IMG/VR virus record: IMGVR_UViG_3300037502_003163 | Coordinates: 1 to 59,941 of that record | From: a virus | Taxonomy: Duplodnaviria > Caudoviricetes | Direction: 5' to 3' (one strand) | Length of the DNA stretch: 59,941 bases | In this document: one piece after another, positions 16,600 through 25,075 of the stretch | How the letters are laid out: each line of letters begins with the position of its first letter | Numbering within the stretch: the first letter of the stretch is position 1 | Position numbers and translations under genes: made by a program | Notes under the pieces: generated by a model | Database searches by the model: none | Told to the model about the DNA's origin: nothing | What the model saw: the letters and a program-made list of their open reading frames with translations, nothing else

Positions 16600-18042
16600 A
16601 TGTCTATGGAATTCAGGTCGCACTTTCCCTATCCAGTGATACGTTCCTTTCAAGAGGAGACGTTACGCTTACTTGAAGAGCGGTGGGACAATTATGACGT
16701 CTTTGTTATTGTAGCACCGACCGCCTTCGGGAAGAGTGCCATCGCCCGAACGCTAATGAATGGCGCGTACTCCGCTAGTTATATTGTACCGACCAATCAG
16801 CTCGTCGACCAGTTCCTGTCTACCTTCCCAGACACTCGCACCTTGAGACGGATGGATAGTTACTTTTGCGAAAAGTGGCGCCGCCCGTGCCCAAAAACGA
16901 AAGCCATGCTGAAGAATTTCTGTAACGGGTGTCAGTGCGGTAGCGATGTGGCGCAGGCAAAGTACCGGAACGGGCCGGGTATCTATACCTATCACGCGTA
17001 CCTTGCCCACAGGTTGTATCGGGATGTCCTCATTGTCGACGAAGCGCACCAGCTCTTGCCCATGCTCCAAAGTATGGGGGAGGTGGTATTGTGGCAGCAT
17101 GATTATAGGTATCCCTCCTCGGCCTACCGGCCTGCGGAATTGTTGCGGTGGGCCGAGAGTTTACCCAAGAAGAAGAAGGAAGGAGCGAAGCTGTCACTCC
17201 TACTTGAAAACTTACGAAGCCAGGTACCGGAATATGCAGTGTCACGTCAAAGACGTGAGTTCAACGGTAAGGGTACCCGGCGTGGGGAACCGGAGGAGAG
17301 GGACTGCGTAGTGTTGACCCCCCTGTCCGCCCGAGAACATAGTGGCAAAATGTGGCCGGGTGTCAAGAAGATAGTCCTCATGAGCGCCACGATTAACTTC
17401 AAAGATATTGAAGCTCTCGGCCTCAGCGACCGTAGGGTCGCGTACATCCACAGCCCGAGTCCAATACCAGCCGATAGGCGGCCCTTCATTGTCGATGACA
17501 TTGTGACTGTCTCCTATAACAACTTAGCTTCCTCAACGGAGACGATGGCTACTTACATCCGAGATATAATTTATCCCCGGCATGTCGGAGAGAGGGGCCT
17601 CATCCACGCTACCTATCAGATGTCCCAGCTACTCCGTAACCATTTGGTGGGACCCCAGTATCTCTTCCACGACAGGGAAAACAAAAAGGAAATGTATCAG
17701 AGGTATCTCAACATGCCCGGAGCAGTACTGATAGCTTGCGGAATGCACGAGGGTTGCGATTTACCAGACGATGCCGGACGTTGGCAGGTAGTTCTCAAGA
17801 TACCGTGGCCGAGTTTGGCCGACCCAGCTGTAGCTGCCCTCGCCCAACGCGACCCTGAGTGGTACGACTGGAGCACTGCCAAAGCCCTAATTCAAGCGGG
17901 TGGTAGGGTGTCCAGACACGAAAAAGATTTTGGTGTGACATATTGTCTCGACGGTACGTTTTTTAAACTATATGATAGAGCCCAGCATCTGTTCCCCCAC
18001 TGGTTTACAGATTGCTTAGTAGACGGGAAATACCATGACTGA
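16600..18042 (+). CDS. DinG/XPD-like SF2 helicase
   Basis: APTAFGKS, DEAH, SAT, QAGGRVSRHEKDFG and a Cys cluster (Fe-S). Confidence 0.88.
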   Translation: MSMEFRSHFPYPVIRSFQEETLRLLEERWDNYDVFVIVAPTAFGKSAIARTLMNGAYSASYIVPTNQLVDQFLSTFPDTRTLRRMDSYFCEKWRRPCPKTKAMLKNFCNGCQCGSDVAQAKYRNGPGIYTYHAYLAHRLYRDVLIVDEAHQLLPMLQSMGEVVLWQHDYRYPSSAYRPAELLRWAESLPKKKKEGAKLSLLLENLRSQVPEYAVSRQRREFNGKGTRRGEPEERDCVVLTPLSAREHSGKMWPGVKKIVLMSATINFKDIEALGLSDRRVAYIHSPSPIPADRRPFIVDDIVTVSYNNLASSTETMATYIRDIIYPRHVGERGLIHATYQMSQLLRNHLVGPQYLFHDRENKKEMYQRYLNMPGAVLIACGMHEGCDLPDDAGRWQVVLKIPWPSLADPAVAALAQRDPEWYDWSTAKALIQAGGRVSRHEKDFGVTYCLDGTFFKLYDRAQHLFPHWFTDCLVDGKYHD

Positions 18043-18571
18043 GATTTGGAAACCATTGGCGGGTCAATTTTCGCACTATCCCTATGAAGTCTCAAGTATG
18101 GGAAACGTACGGCGGGTATTAACAAATAAATACCGACCACTAAAACCATTTGTAGACACACGGTACGTGTGTGTAAACATTTACTTGAACGGTAGGGCGG
18201 TGAAGTGCTTAGTACACAGATTAGTCGCAACTGCTTTTCTGGATAACCCAGACAACAAGCCCCAAGTAAATCATAAGGATGGAGACCACACGAATAACAA
18301 CGTCTCTAATCTAGAGTGGGTCACTAGCTCTGAAAATGTACAACACTCCCTGATTGTTCTCAACAACCAGCTCAAAACTATGTATAGCACTAATACTTCC
18401 GGACACAAGGGAGTAACTCGATTACCCACGGGGCGGTGGCGGGCAGTTGTATGGCGGGACTATAAGTCGATTCATGTTGGGGTATATGCGACGATTGAGG
18501 AAGCGGTAGCCGCTCGCGATGAAGCCAGTAAAAAATTGTGGCCAGAACTTAGTGGGGGAGAAATTGTATGA
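18035..18571 (+). CDS. NUMOD4-HNH-AP2 homing endonuclease
   Basis: EIWK...YEVSSMGNVR, VHRLVA...VNHKDG...NLEW, and NTSGHKGV AP2-like tail. Confidence 0.9.
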   Translation: MTEIWKPLAGQFSHYPYEVSSMGNVRRVLTNKYRPLKPFVDTRYVCVNIYLNGRAVKCLVHRLVATAFLDNPDNKPQVNHKDGDHTNNNVSNLEWVTSSENVQHSLIVLNNQLKTMYSTNTSGHKGVTRLPTGRWRAVVWRDYKSIHVGVYATIEEAVAARDEASKKLWPELSGGEIV

Positions 18572-19092
18572 GCGGTAAAACGTTTTCCATGGCAGCCCAA
18601 CTCAAGAAGGGCAAGGCAGCAGAGAAGGACTTCCTCGAGAAATATGGGCAGGGTGCGATAGTCCGTACCGATGGCCGGAAGGGGGACATGATGGTCAAGT
18701 GGAGTCGGGCCATCATCGAACTGAAGACGGATTTCTATAGCAAGAGCACCAACCTCTTTATGGAACGGTGGTCTGTAGAACCAACACCCGACCGACCCGA
18801 AGGGAAGGTTGGGGGACCCTGGCAGGCGGCGTCACATAGCGCGGCCTATTACCTCTACTGGTTCCCGGACAGAGACGAACTCTTTGTCTTCAATACTGCG
18901 GTGTTAGTAGAATACTTGGAGGCCAACCTCAGCCAGTTCCGCCCTTGCCCCGTCAGGAATAAAGGTTATACCACACTAGGCTACATCGTACCGAAAGAAA
19001 AATTGCTAAAGTATCATGAAGAGAATGCCGATAAGAAACTGCTCGTCTCCTTAGACGAAGTCATATTCTTTACAGTAGGAGAAGGAAAGTGA
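18568..19092 (+). CDS. PD-(D/E)XK restriction-like nuclease
   Basis: G..AE, D...IELKTD and NLFME. Confidence 0.65.
   Translation: MSGKTFSMAAQLKKGKAAEKDFLEKYGQGAIVRTDGRKGDMMVKWSRAIIELKTDFYSKSTNLFMERWSVEPTPDRPEGKVGGPWQAASHSAAYYLYWFPDRDELFVFNTAVLVEYLEANLSQFRPCPVRNKGYTTLGYIVPKEKLLKYHEENADKKLLVSLDEVIFFTVGEGK
19007..19034 (+). promoter_or_regulatory. sigma-28-type promoter
   Basis: TAAAGTAT-N12-GCCGATAA, about 55 bp before the next start. Confidence 0.7.
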
Positions 19093-19493
19093 AACAGTTA
19101 AAGCCAGCCGGGGACTTGTTTGAAGGCGCCATTGAAGCAATGGCTGACCCCCTATCCCACATGAAACAGCACCGATTCGAGACCCCTGAAGGGGGGACCA
19201 AACACGACGACGGCAAAGTAGACTTGACTTTAGTTCCCTTAATCGCGCTCGAGTCCGAAGCTAGAGCCTTAATGTTCGGAGAAAAGAAATATGGCCGATA
19301 CAATTACACCGCCGGTTTCGAGTCATCTCGCCTCACTGCCGCAGCATTACGCCACCTGTACGCCTACGTCAACGGAGTTGACGTGGACCCCGAATCAGGG
19401 CTACTACATCTCGGACATGCTCGTGCGTGCCTTGCCATGCATCTCCATTGCGAACAACTGGGAACTTTACGTGATAACCGGAGGGGGAAGTGA
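19089..19493 (+). CDS. dATP/dGTP diphosphohydrolase domain (DUF5664) protein
   Basis: KHDDGK..L.LVP, GEKKYGRYN, AALRHL and DPESGLLHLGHA. Confidence 0.85.
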   Translation: MKQLKPAGDLFEGAIEAMADPLSHMKQHRFETPEGGTKHDDGKVDLTLVPLIALESEARALMFGEKKYGRYNYTAGFESSRLTAAALRHLYAYVNGVDVDPESGLLHLGHARACLAMHLHCEQLGTLRDNRRGK

Positions 19494-19496
19494 GGT

Positions 19497-19829
19497 ATGA
19501 GTCTTTTCAGTATCGATACATTGTGTGACCGGTGCGGCAACACCGAAGACAAGCTAGTCCCCCGTGCCAGTGCCGCCGATTGGGACACCCTGTACACATG
19601 CGACAACTGTGGGGAGAGGGGGGTTCGCCGAATATGGTCCGCCCCGAACCTGACCAAGGAAAGCTATCCCGATGGATATAAACGGGGTGGCGATTATGCC
19701 CTGCTCAAAGAGAGTGTCAAGATGGAAAAAGACGCAGCGGGTAAAGCCGGGGCCACGAAGCGGGAACTATTGAAAGCCGCTGCCGAACTAAAGAAGTCGG
19801 CCAAGTATGAGAAGGGGAAGACACGGTGA
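19497..19829 (+). CDS. Zinc-ribbon protein
   Basis: CDRCG...CDNCG...WSAP. Confidence 0.65.
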   Translation: MSLFSIDTLCDRCGNTEDKLVPRASAADWDTLYTCDNCGERGVRRIWSAPNLTKESYPDGYKRGGDYALLKESVKMEKDAAGKAGATKRELLKAAAELKKSAKYEKGKTR

Positions 19830-20044
19830 ACAAAGTACAACAGTTACTTCTCGATATCAAGATGACAGAGGCCAAGCTGGAATATTGCATCAGCCGGGGC
19901 GATGACGACGACACGCCTGTGCACATCGCGGGATGGAGTTATTATGGTAACCTTATGCTATATTCCCCACCGAGAGAATTAACCCAAGCCCAGGCCCGGT
20001 CTTTCGCCGAGTGGGTACTCTCGATGTTGAGGGACGGGGAATGA
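19826..20044 (+). CDS. Hypothetical protein
   Basis: Coupled GTGA start. Confidence 0.6.
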   Translation: MNKVQQLLLDIKMTEAKLEYCISRGDDDDTPVHIAGWSYYGNLMLYSPPRELTQAQARSFAEWVLSMLRDGE

Positions 20045-20141
20045 AACTATTTGTTTCCCGTTCGGGTAAAATCACAGCAGCAGGTCCCCATCTAGTGCGC
20101 AAATTATCAGTTCGGGAAATTATATCCCGCATCAAAAAGGA

Positions 20142-20546
20142 GTGCCAGCAATGGAAACAGTATTTATGAACTTGGTGAGGGGGAACAGGTTGTCTGCCCT
20201 CATCGGACTCAAACTGGGGGACAGCCTCCTACCCAAGTACGGCGCCCAATACCAGTACGTCGAAGTCCCGGTCAAGTGTTTCCGCAAGGATGATGGAACG
20301 GAGTTAGACAAAGCCAACCCGAACCAACACCTTGAGGTAATACCCAACTGTACCATTCACGTCCGGGGAAGTCAACCGGTAATGATACACTATAATCCCG
20401 CCTTACAGGCGGTCGGTACCCATTCCGGTAGCCACATCGTATGGCCGGGAAGCGGGGAACACTGCCCAAGTTTTTACATGTCATTTCGCAAGGGTATCAA
20501 CCTATCCGACCTAGAGTGGGCTATCCGGATTTCTTTACTGGCGTAA
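20142..20546 (+). CDS. Hypothetical protein, possibly a degenerate dUTPase-like fold
   Basis: Beta-rich; canonical dUTPase motifs not intact; start uncertain. Confidence 0.5.
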   Translation: MPAMETVFMNLVRGNRLSALIGLKLGDSLLPKYGAQYQYVEVPVKCFRKDDGTELDKANPNQHLEVIPNCTIHVRGSQPVMIHYNPALQAVGTHSGSHIVWPGSGEHCPSFYMSFRKGINLSDLEWAIRISLLA

Positions 20547-20578
20547 TCAACCATAACCTGATATAATAGGAGTCAACA

Positions 20579-20785
20579 GTGGACATCACTGGAGCATTGA
20601 ACAAGATTCGTACCATAGTCAATGACGAGAAAAAGCAGTTAGACAGTATACTAAAGGGAGCGGAATTATTAGCAGAGATGCTATCCGCAGAGAAACAAAG
20701 TGGAAACAAGGGAAAAGAACAAATCGAATATAGTGAGCCTGGACTGGAAACGGCGCGAGGTACAGGCGAGAGACACACGATATAG
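20579..20785 (+). CDS. Hypothetical protein
   Basis: AGGAG SD; upstream TGaTATAAT extended -10. Confidence 0.6.
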   Translation: MDITGALNKIRTIVNDEKKQLDSILKGAELLAEMLSAEKQSGNKGKEQIEYSEPGLETARGTGERHTI

Positions 20786-20945
20786 CCAGTACCGGGACAA
20801 CTCAGTAGAGGGCCGGCTTGCGGCTCTCGAACAGGAACTAGACCGAGTTATTGGCGTCTTGATTGAGACGACCGACTTGGCCGAAAGTAACCGGGACCAT
20901 CTTCTTTTACTACTTCGACGATTAAAAGAACATAAATATTTGTAA
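20700..20945 (+). CDS. Hypothetical coiled-coil protein
   Basis: Last ORF of the + arm; start uncertain. Confidence 0.55.
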   Translation: METREKNKSNIVSLDWKRREVQARDTRYSQYRDNSVEGRLAALEQELDRVIGVLIETTDLAESNRDHLLLLLRRLKEHKYL

Positions 20946-20976
20946 CACCACCCTCGGTGGTTTGTGTCCCTGAATG

Positions 20977-21000
20977 AGGGGGAGCCGACTGGTTCCCCCT
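20977..21000. terminator. Hairpin at the convergence of the two arms
   Basis: AGGGGGAGCC-GACT-GGTTCCCCCT between convergent genes. Confidence 0.7.
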
Positions 21001-21009
21001 TATGTTTAC

Positions 21010-21327
21010 CTATTTCACACCCTTGAAGGCTTTCATGAAAGCTTTGGCACCGGCTTGATTGGCCGCTGGTTTTCTCCTACTTACACTACCACTGCTGGGG
21101 ATGGGAGGAATGGCGGTATCATCTTCAAGTTCGATATCGGGGAGTGGTTTCTTTTCTGGTTCCGGACTCTTTGCCTTGCCTGACTCCACCTTTCCTTCTT
21201 CGGTTACCGTAGCAAACATGCTATCGAATTCCCCGTTGTCAGCAGGTTCCCGTTCTGGCATCCCTTTACCGCGTAGCTTTTCTAAAATAGAAAGACTAGC
21301 TCTCCGTTTTTGTGATTCACTTAGCAT
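21010..21327 (-). CDS. Hypothetical protein
   Basis: AAGGGG SD; last gene of the late arm. Confidence 0.65.
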   Translation of the reverse strand: MLSESQKRRASLSILEKLRGKGMPEREPADNGEFDSMFATVTEEGKVESGKAKSPEPEKKPLPDIELEDDTAIPPIPSSGSVSRRKPAANQAGAKAFMKAFKGVK

Positions 21328-21535
21328 TGGGTTCCCCTTTCTTTTCGTCCATGCCCCAGGCTTCTTTCGCTGCGGCTAATAGTTTATCATCTAGTTCTGA
21401 TTGTGTCTTGCTGGCTATCTTTTCCAGTCCAGAGACGATGGCAATCTTCAAAAACTTCTCAGTGAAGAGCGCCGTAAACATGGACAGTAGGACTTTTCCT
21501 AGTGCGGTGAGCATTGCTGTTAATACGATTGGCAT
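21317..21535 (-). CDS. Small membrane protein, holin-like candidate
   Basis: Hydrophobic N-half and KTQSELDDKL motif. Confidence 0.5.
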   Translation of the reverse strand: MPIVLTAMLTALGKVLLSMFTALFTEKFLKIAIVSGLEKIASKTQSELDDKLLAAAKEAWGMDEKKGEPNAK

Positions 21536-21548
21536 ACTTTAGTTTTCC

Positions 21549-24500
21549 TTATTGATAAAATTCTAAACCTTCGATTACGTCTTTGGGACGTGTTCCATCT
21601 CCAAAATATAATGGAATATCTTTCAGTAAAAAGTTGGCGAGAAATCCACCAGGGGCAAAGGTTTCGGCAGCCTTTAGTCCCCCTTTAGCTAGCGCTTCCG
21701 TATCACCGTCAAGGATGGGGGCTAGTATGCCACTATAAAAAGTATCATAAAGTGGGGGAGTGAAAAGACTCTTCTCTGCTGGTTCCCCCTTTTTAGGCGG
21801 CACGAACGCCTTTAGTGATTCAATTGGTGCCATACTAGTAAATCCCCCAGCACCGAACACCCTCCGTGCTCCATCAGAAAGATTCTTGAATTCGGGATTG
21901 ACTTGTAAGTCCTCATCGGTAAGGAGAGAATATGTGATACTGTCCATAGTCTTGGCCAGGAGATAGACTGCGAGATACTTTTCCGCCACTCTGGGTATTG
22001 ATTTAAAGACGCCCTTCGTTCGCATATCGGCTAAGATGTCCCCGCTGATAGCGAGCGGCCACTTAGTAAAGGTGGAGAAGAGGGGACCGAGTGTGACCCC
22101 TATCTCGGACATACTAGCCCTATTATAGTTGAACTGGGTCGCGGCGTTGAGATGGGTAGCTATGGCTTTCAGTTGGGCCAAGTCGTTACCTTTATTGGAT
22201 AGCACCTGCCTTCGGACAGATATCGGCATCCTGCTCAAAGCTCTCATCGCGGCCGGTTCCCCAGTTGCAATATCAGTTACTAGTCGTTTCGACATGTCAA
22301 GGGTGACTGCCCGGTTAAGGGTATCCATCTTGCCATATGACCACATGAAAGCGTCAGCCATGTTGCGGATTACTTTAGCGGGTACCGAGAATCCGATACT
22401 GGCCTCGAGACCTTCAGCCAGGCCTTCCCGTGCCTCCCTGACGTAGCCACTCGGCTCGAGACCGAGCGCCTTTACCTGTCCGTAAAATTCTTTCCGGCCC
22501 TCTTTGGTGGCGAGTTTGATGAGGGCATTCGTCATCGATTTCATCGCGGAAGTATACCCATAAGTGCCGCCCATCTCGGGAGCAGTCTTGAAAAGAACCT
22601 GCGTCAGCTGGGCTAGGTGCGCCCTCGGATTCATACCCAAGACGTTTGGATAGATATTGTACTGGAGATTGGCTGCCATCTCGGGCAGGAAGCGGAAGCC
22701 GGCCAGGACCGATTCCCGCCGCTCATCGTCCTTGATTACTTTCCGTAACGCACTATCTAATGTTTCCGCGAAAGCGATTCTGGCTTGATTGCCGATTCGG
22801 GCCATCGACTTCTGCCTGATGCCAAGGTTATCTTGTACAAAGCGGCGAACAAAGTCAGCTTCGTCTTTCGCCCCGATACCGTCTAACAGTTTCGCTTTAT
22901 CCACCATTCTCGATAACGGCTCCCGGAGGTATAGCTGTCTGCCTGTTCCCTCAGAGTAATTGGTCATCAACTTAAAGATGTTCCTCTCCCGAAGGAAATC
23001 AGGAATGACACCTTTTCGGGGTAGGGTAGTGGAAGCTAGTCGATATAACCTGGGTGCGGTTCCGCCCTTATTAGTGGCATCTTGAAAGGCACGGACCATT
23101 TCTCTGCCGTTAGTAACCGGCATATCGCTAGCCAATTCGATACCTATCTTGAGGTCACGCAACTCAGGACGAACATTGACTTCCCGCATAAAGGTTTCCG
23201 TGTCCATGTCTTTCAGATTGGGTACAGCCTTTTCTACATCGGACAGTTTCTGTCTCATCCGAATCACGTAATCAACTGGCTTTACCATCATCTGGGGAGC
23301 GACGAAGTCGGGACGATATGGGATATTCATTGGGGAATATCCGTCACCACGGGCCGAGTTAAAGAACTGTCTTTGTTTCTCAAAGTAGTCACGCATTGCG
23401 TTAGCTACTTTCTGTTCTCCAGGGGAGAGCGGACTACCTGCCTCCAGTTTCTGATAGAACTCTTCCATGGCGCGGGTTTTGTTTAGCCCATTCTCTTTTG
23501 CCAACTTGAATACCTTGGCCACATCTTTGGCGGCGGCCTGTTTAAAGGCGGTGAACAAGTTGTAATTAGTGTTGACTTGATAGAAGTCACTTAGTATATC
23601 CCCACCATACCTTTCGTCCATGACTTTGAAACCGAACATCCTGTCCGTGGCAAAGTTGATAACTCCCTTACCCAGAGCATCGGCATTGGGGTCGACTTTC
23701 ACTCCAGCATCTTGCAACTTGGATAGGGCAATGTTACCCGCCGTCCAGCTGTCATAGTTCCGTTTAAGATTCTCAGGCCCGCTCCTAAGTAGGTTTTCTA
23801 ATACTTCATCGTTAGTAGCGCGGAGTCCCCTGGCTTGAGCGTCGGCTTGGATGAAACGTATCTCAGGAGTCCGGTTGGCTAGTTCCTCTACAAATTCATC
23901 CTTCCTCATCCGGACTACTTCTTCAGCAATCTTGAGGTCGGACGTGGCATCGTCCAATCCCGCAAACGATTTCCCTTCCTTGACCATCTGCTTCGCAGCG
24001 GCTTGCTCTTCAGTGGGAAGCTGTTGGATGAACCTATCCCTCAAGGAACTCTTGATGATTTCCTTTGTGTCGGGGGAGACTTGTTGCTCGAGAATAATAG
24101 CAGCATCATCTTCATCGATTGGTTTCTTTTCGATAAAGGCATCCCGCATCTTGTCATGGCTGGCCTTGACTTTCGAATATTCTTGAGCCGTGGTCTGGGT
24201 CAAGTCTTCGCCGGTAATCGTCTTGAAATTTGTAGCAGCTTCGTCAATATTCTTTTGTGTCTCGGGGTCGATATCTATCTTCTTACCCCGGTTCGAGAAC
24301 AGCTTTTGAAGACCGAGACCGGCAGCTCCTAACCCGGCACCGACCACGGCCGAGGTAGCGGCGCCCTCCGCTTCCTTACCTTCCTTACTGCCAGCTAAAC
24401 CGTATAGTCCACCTGTGGCGGTGGAACCTGCGATAGCGGCAGCCTTCCCGAACTTGGCAGCCTTGGCAAAGCCTACACCCGGCATCGCAATCCCGATTGC

Positions 24501-25073
24501 CGTTTCTGCGAGACCTGCTCGCCCGTCGGCTAGTTCCCCGATATCGTCAAGGAATGCCCTCAGTTTCGGGTCATCGGTCAGGGTTTTCTTCCCGAGCCAG
24601 CCGGCAAGGTTGCCTGTGGCGATATTGAGTTTCCCGGCAGCTGCCTCAAGTAACTCACCGACTGAATCAATTTGACTCATCGGCGGCACAGCGCCGCGAA
24701 GGGTAGCTAACTTTCGTGCCGTCTCAAAGTCGAGACCATAATGGGCGGCATACGCCTTCACTTCATCGTCGGCCACACCCCGACTGGCAAGGATGTTCCC
24801 GCCTCGAGATTCGATAGCCGCTGGTCTCAGACTATCAAACAGGCCATAGTTTTCTTTTTCTTTCTGTAAATCCCAATACTTTTTCTGGTCCGGGGATAGC
24901 TTGGGCAAGGATAGGGTGTCGAGAGGATTGGCTCCGTCGGTCGGTAGGGGTAAGGTATCTAGGGGATTGGATTGCGCTGCCGGGGGTTGCCCTGTCTGGG
25001 CCCCAGCCTGCGCTTGCGCCTGACGCAGTTCCTCTGGAGAGGGCAGTATTAAGCTATCGAGAGGGTTGCTCAT
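21549..25073 (-). CDS. Large internal virion / DNA ejection protein
   Basis: 1174 aa, helical, with Gly/Ala-rich segments, at the end of the podovirus core-protein operon. Confidence 0.65.
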   Translation of the reverse strand: MSNPLDSLILPSPEELRQAQAQAGAQTGQPPAAQSNPLDTLPLPTDGANPLDTLSLPKLSPDQKKYWDLQKEKENYGLFDSLRPAAIESRGGNILASRGVADDEVKAYAAHYGLDFETARKLATLRGAVPPMSQIDSVGELLEAAAGKLNIATGNLAGWLGKKTLTDDPKLRAFLDDIGELADGRAGLAETAIGIAMPGVGFAKAAKFGKAAAIAGSTATGGLYGLAGSKEGKEAEGAATSAVVGAGLGAAGLGLQKLFSNRGKKIDIDPETQKNIDEAATNFKTITGEDLTQTTAQEYSKVKASHDKMRDAFIEKKPIDEDDAAIILEQQVSPDTKEIIKSSLRDRFIQQLPTEEQAAAKQMVKEGKSFAGLDDATSDLKIAEEVVRMRKDEFVEELANRTPEIRFIQADAQARGLRATNDEVLENLLRSGPENLKRNYDSWTAGNIALSKLQDAGVKVDPNADALGKGVINFATDRMFGFKVMDERYGGDILSDFYQVNTNYNLFTAFKQAAAKDVAKVFKLAKENGLNKTRAMEEFYQKLEAGSPLSPGEQKVANAMRDYFEKQRQFFNSARGDGYSPMNIPYRPDFVAPQMMVKPVDYVIRMRQKLSDVEKAVPNLKDMDTETFMREVNVRPELRDLKIGIELASDMPVTNGREMVRAFQDATNKGGTAPRLYRLASTTLPRKGVIPDFLRERNIFKLMTNYSEGTGRQLYLREPLSRMVDKAKLLDGIGAKDEADFVRRFVQDNLGIRQKSMARIGNQARIAFAETLDSALRKVIKDDERRESVLAGFRFLPEMAANLQYNIYPNVLGMNPRAHLAQLTQVLFKTAPEMGGTYGYTSAMKSMTNALIKLATKEGRKEFYGQVKALGLEPSGYVREAREGLAEGLEASIGFSVPAKVIRNMADAFMWSYGKMDTLNRAVTLDMSKRLVTDIATGEPAAMRALSRMPISVRRQVLSNKGNDLAQLKAIATHLNAATQFNYNRASMSEIGVTLGPLFSTFTKWPLAISGDILADMRTKGVFKSIPRVAEKYLAVYLLAKTMDSITYSLLTDEDLQVNPEFKNLSDGARRVFGAGGFTSMAPIESLKAFVPPKKGEPAEKSLFTPPLYDTFYSGILAPILDGDTEALAKGGLKAAETFAPGGFLANFLLKDIPLYFGDGTRPKDVIEGLEFYQ

Positions 25074-25075
25074 AA

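Noticed and set aside
19089-19493. Z-genome (2-aminoadenine) or 7-deazaguanine modification system
   Set aside because: No purZ, folE or que-type genes recognised; DUF5664 alone is insufficient
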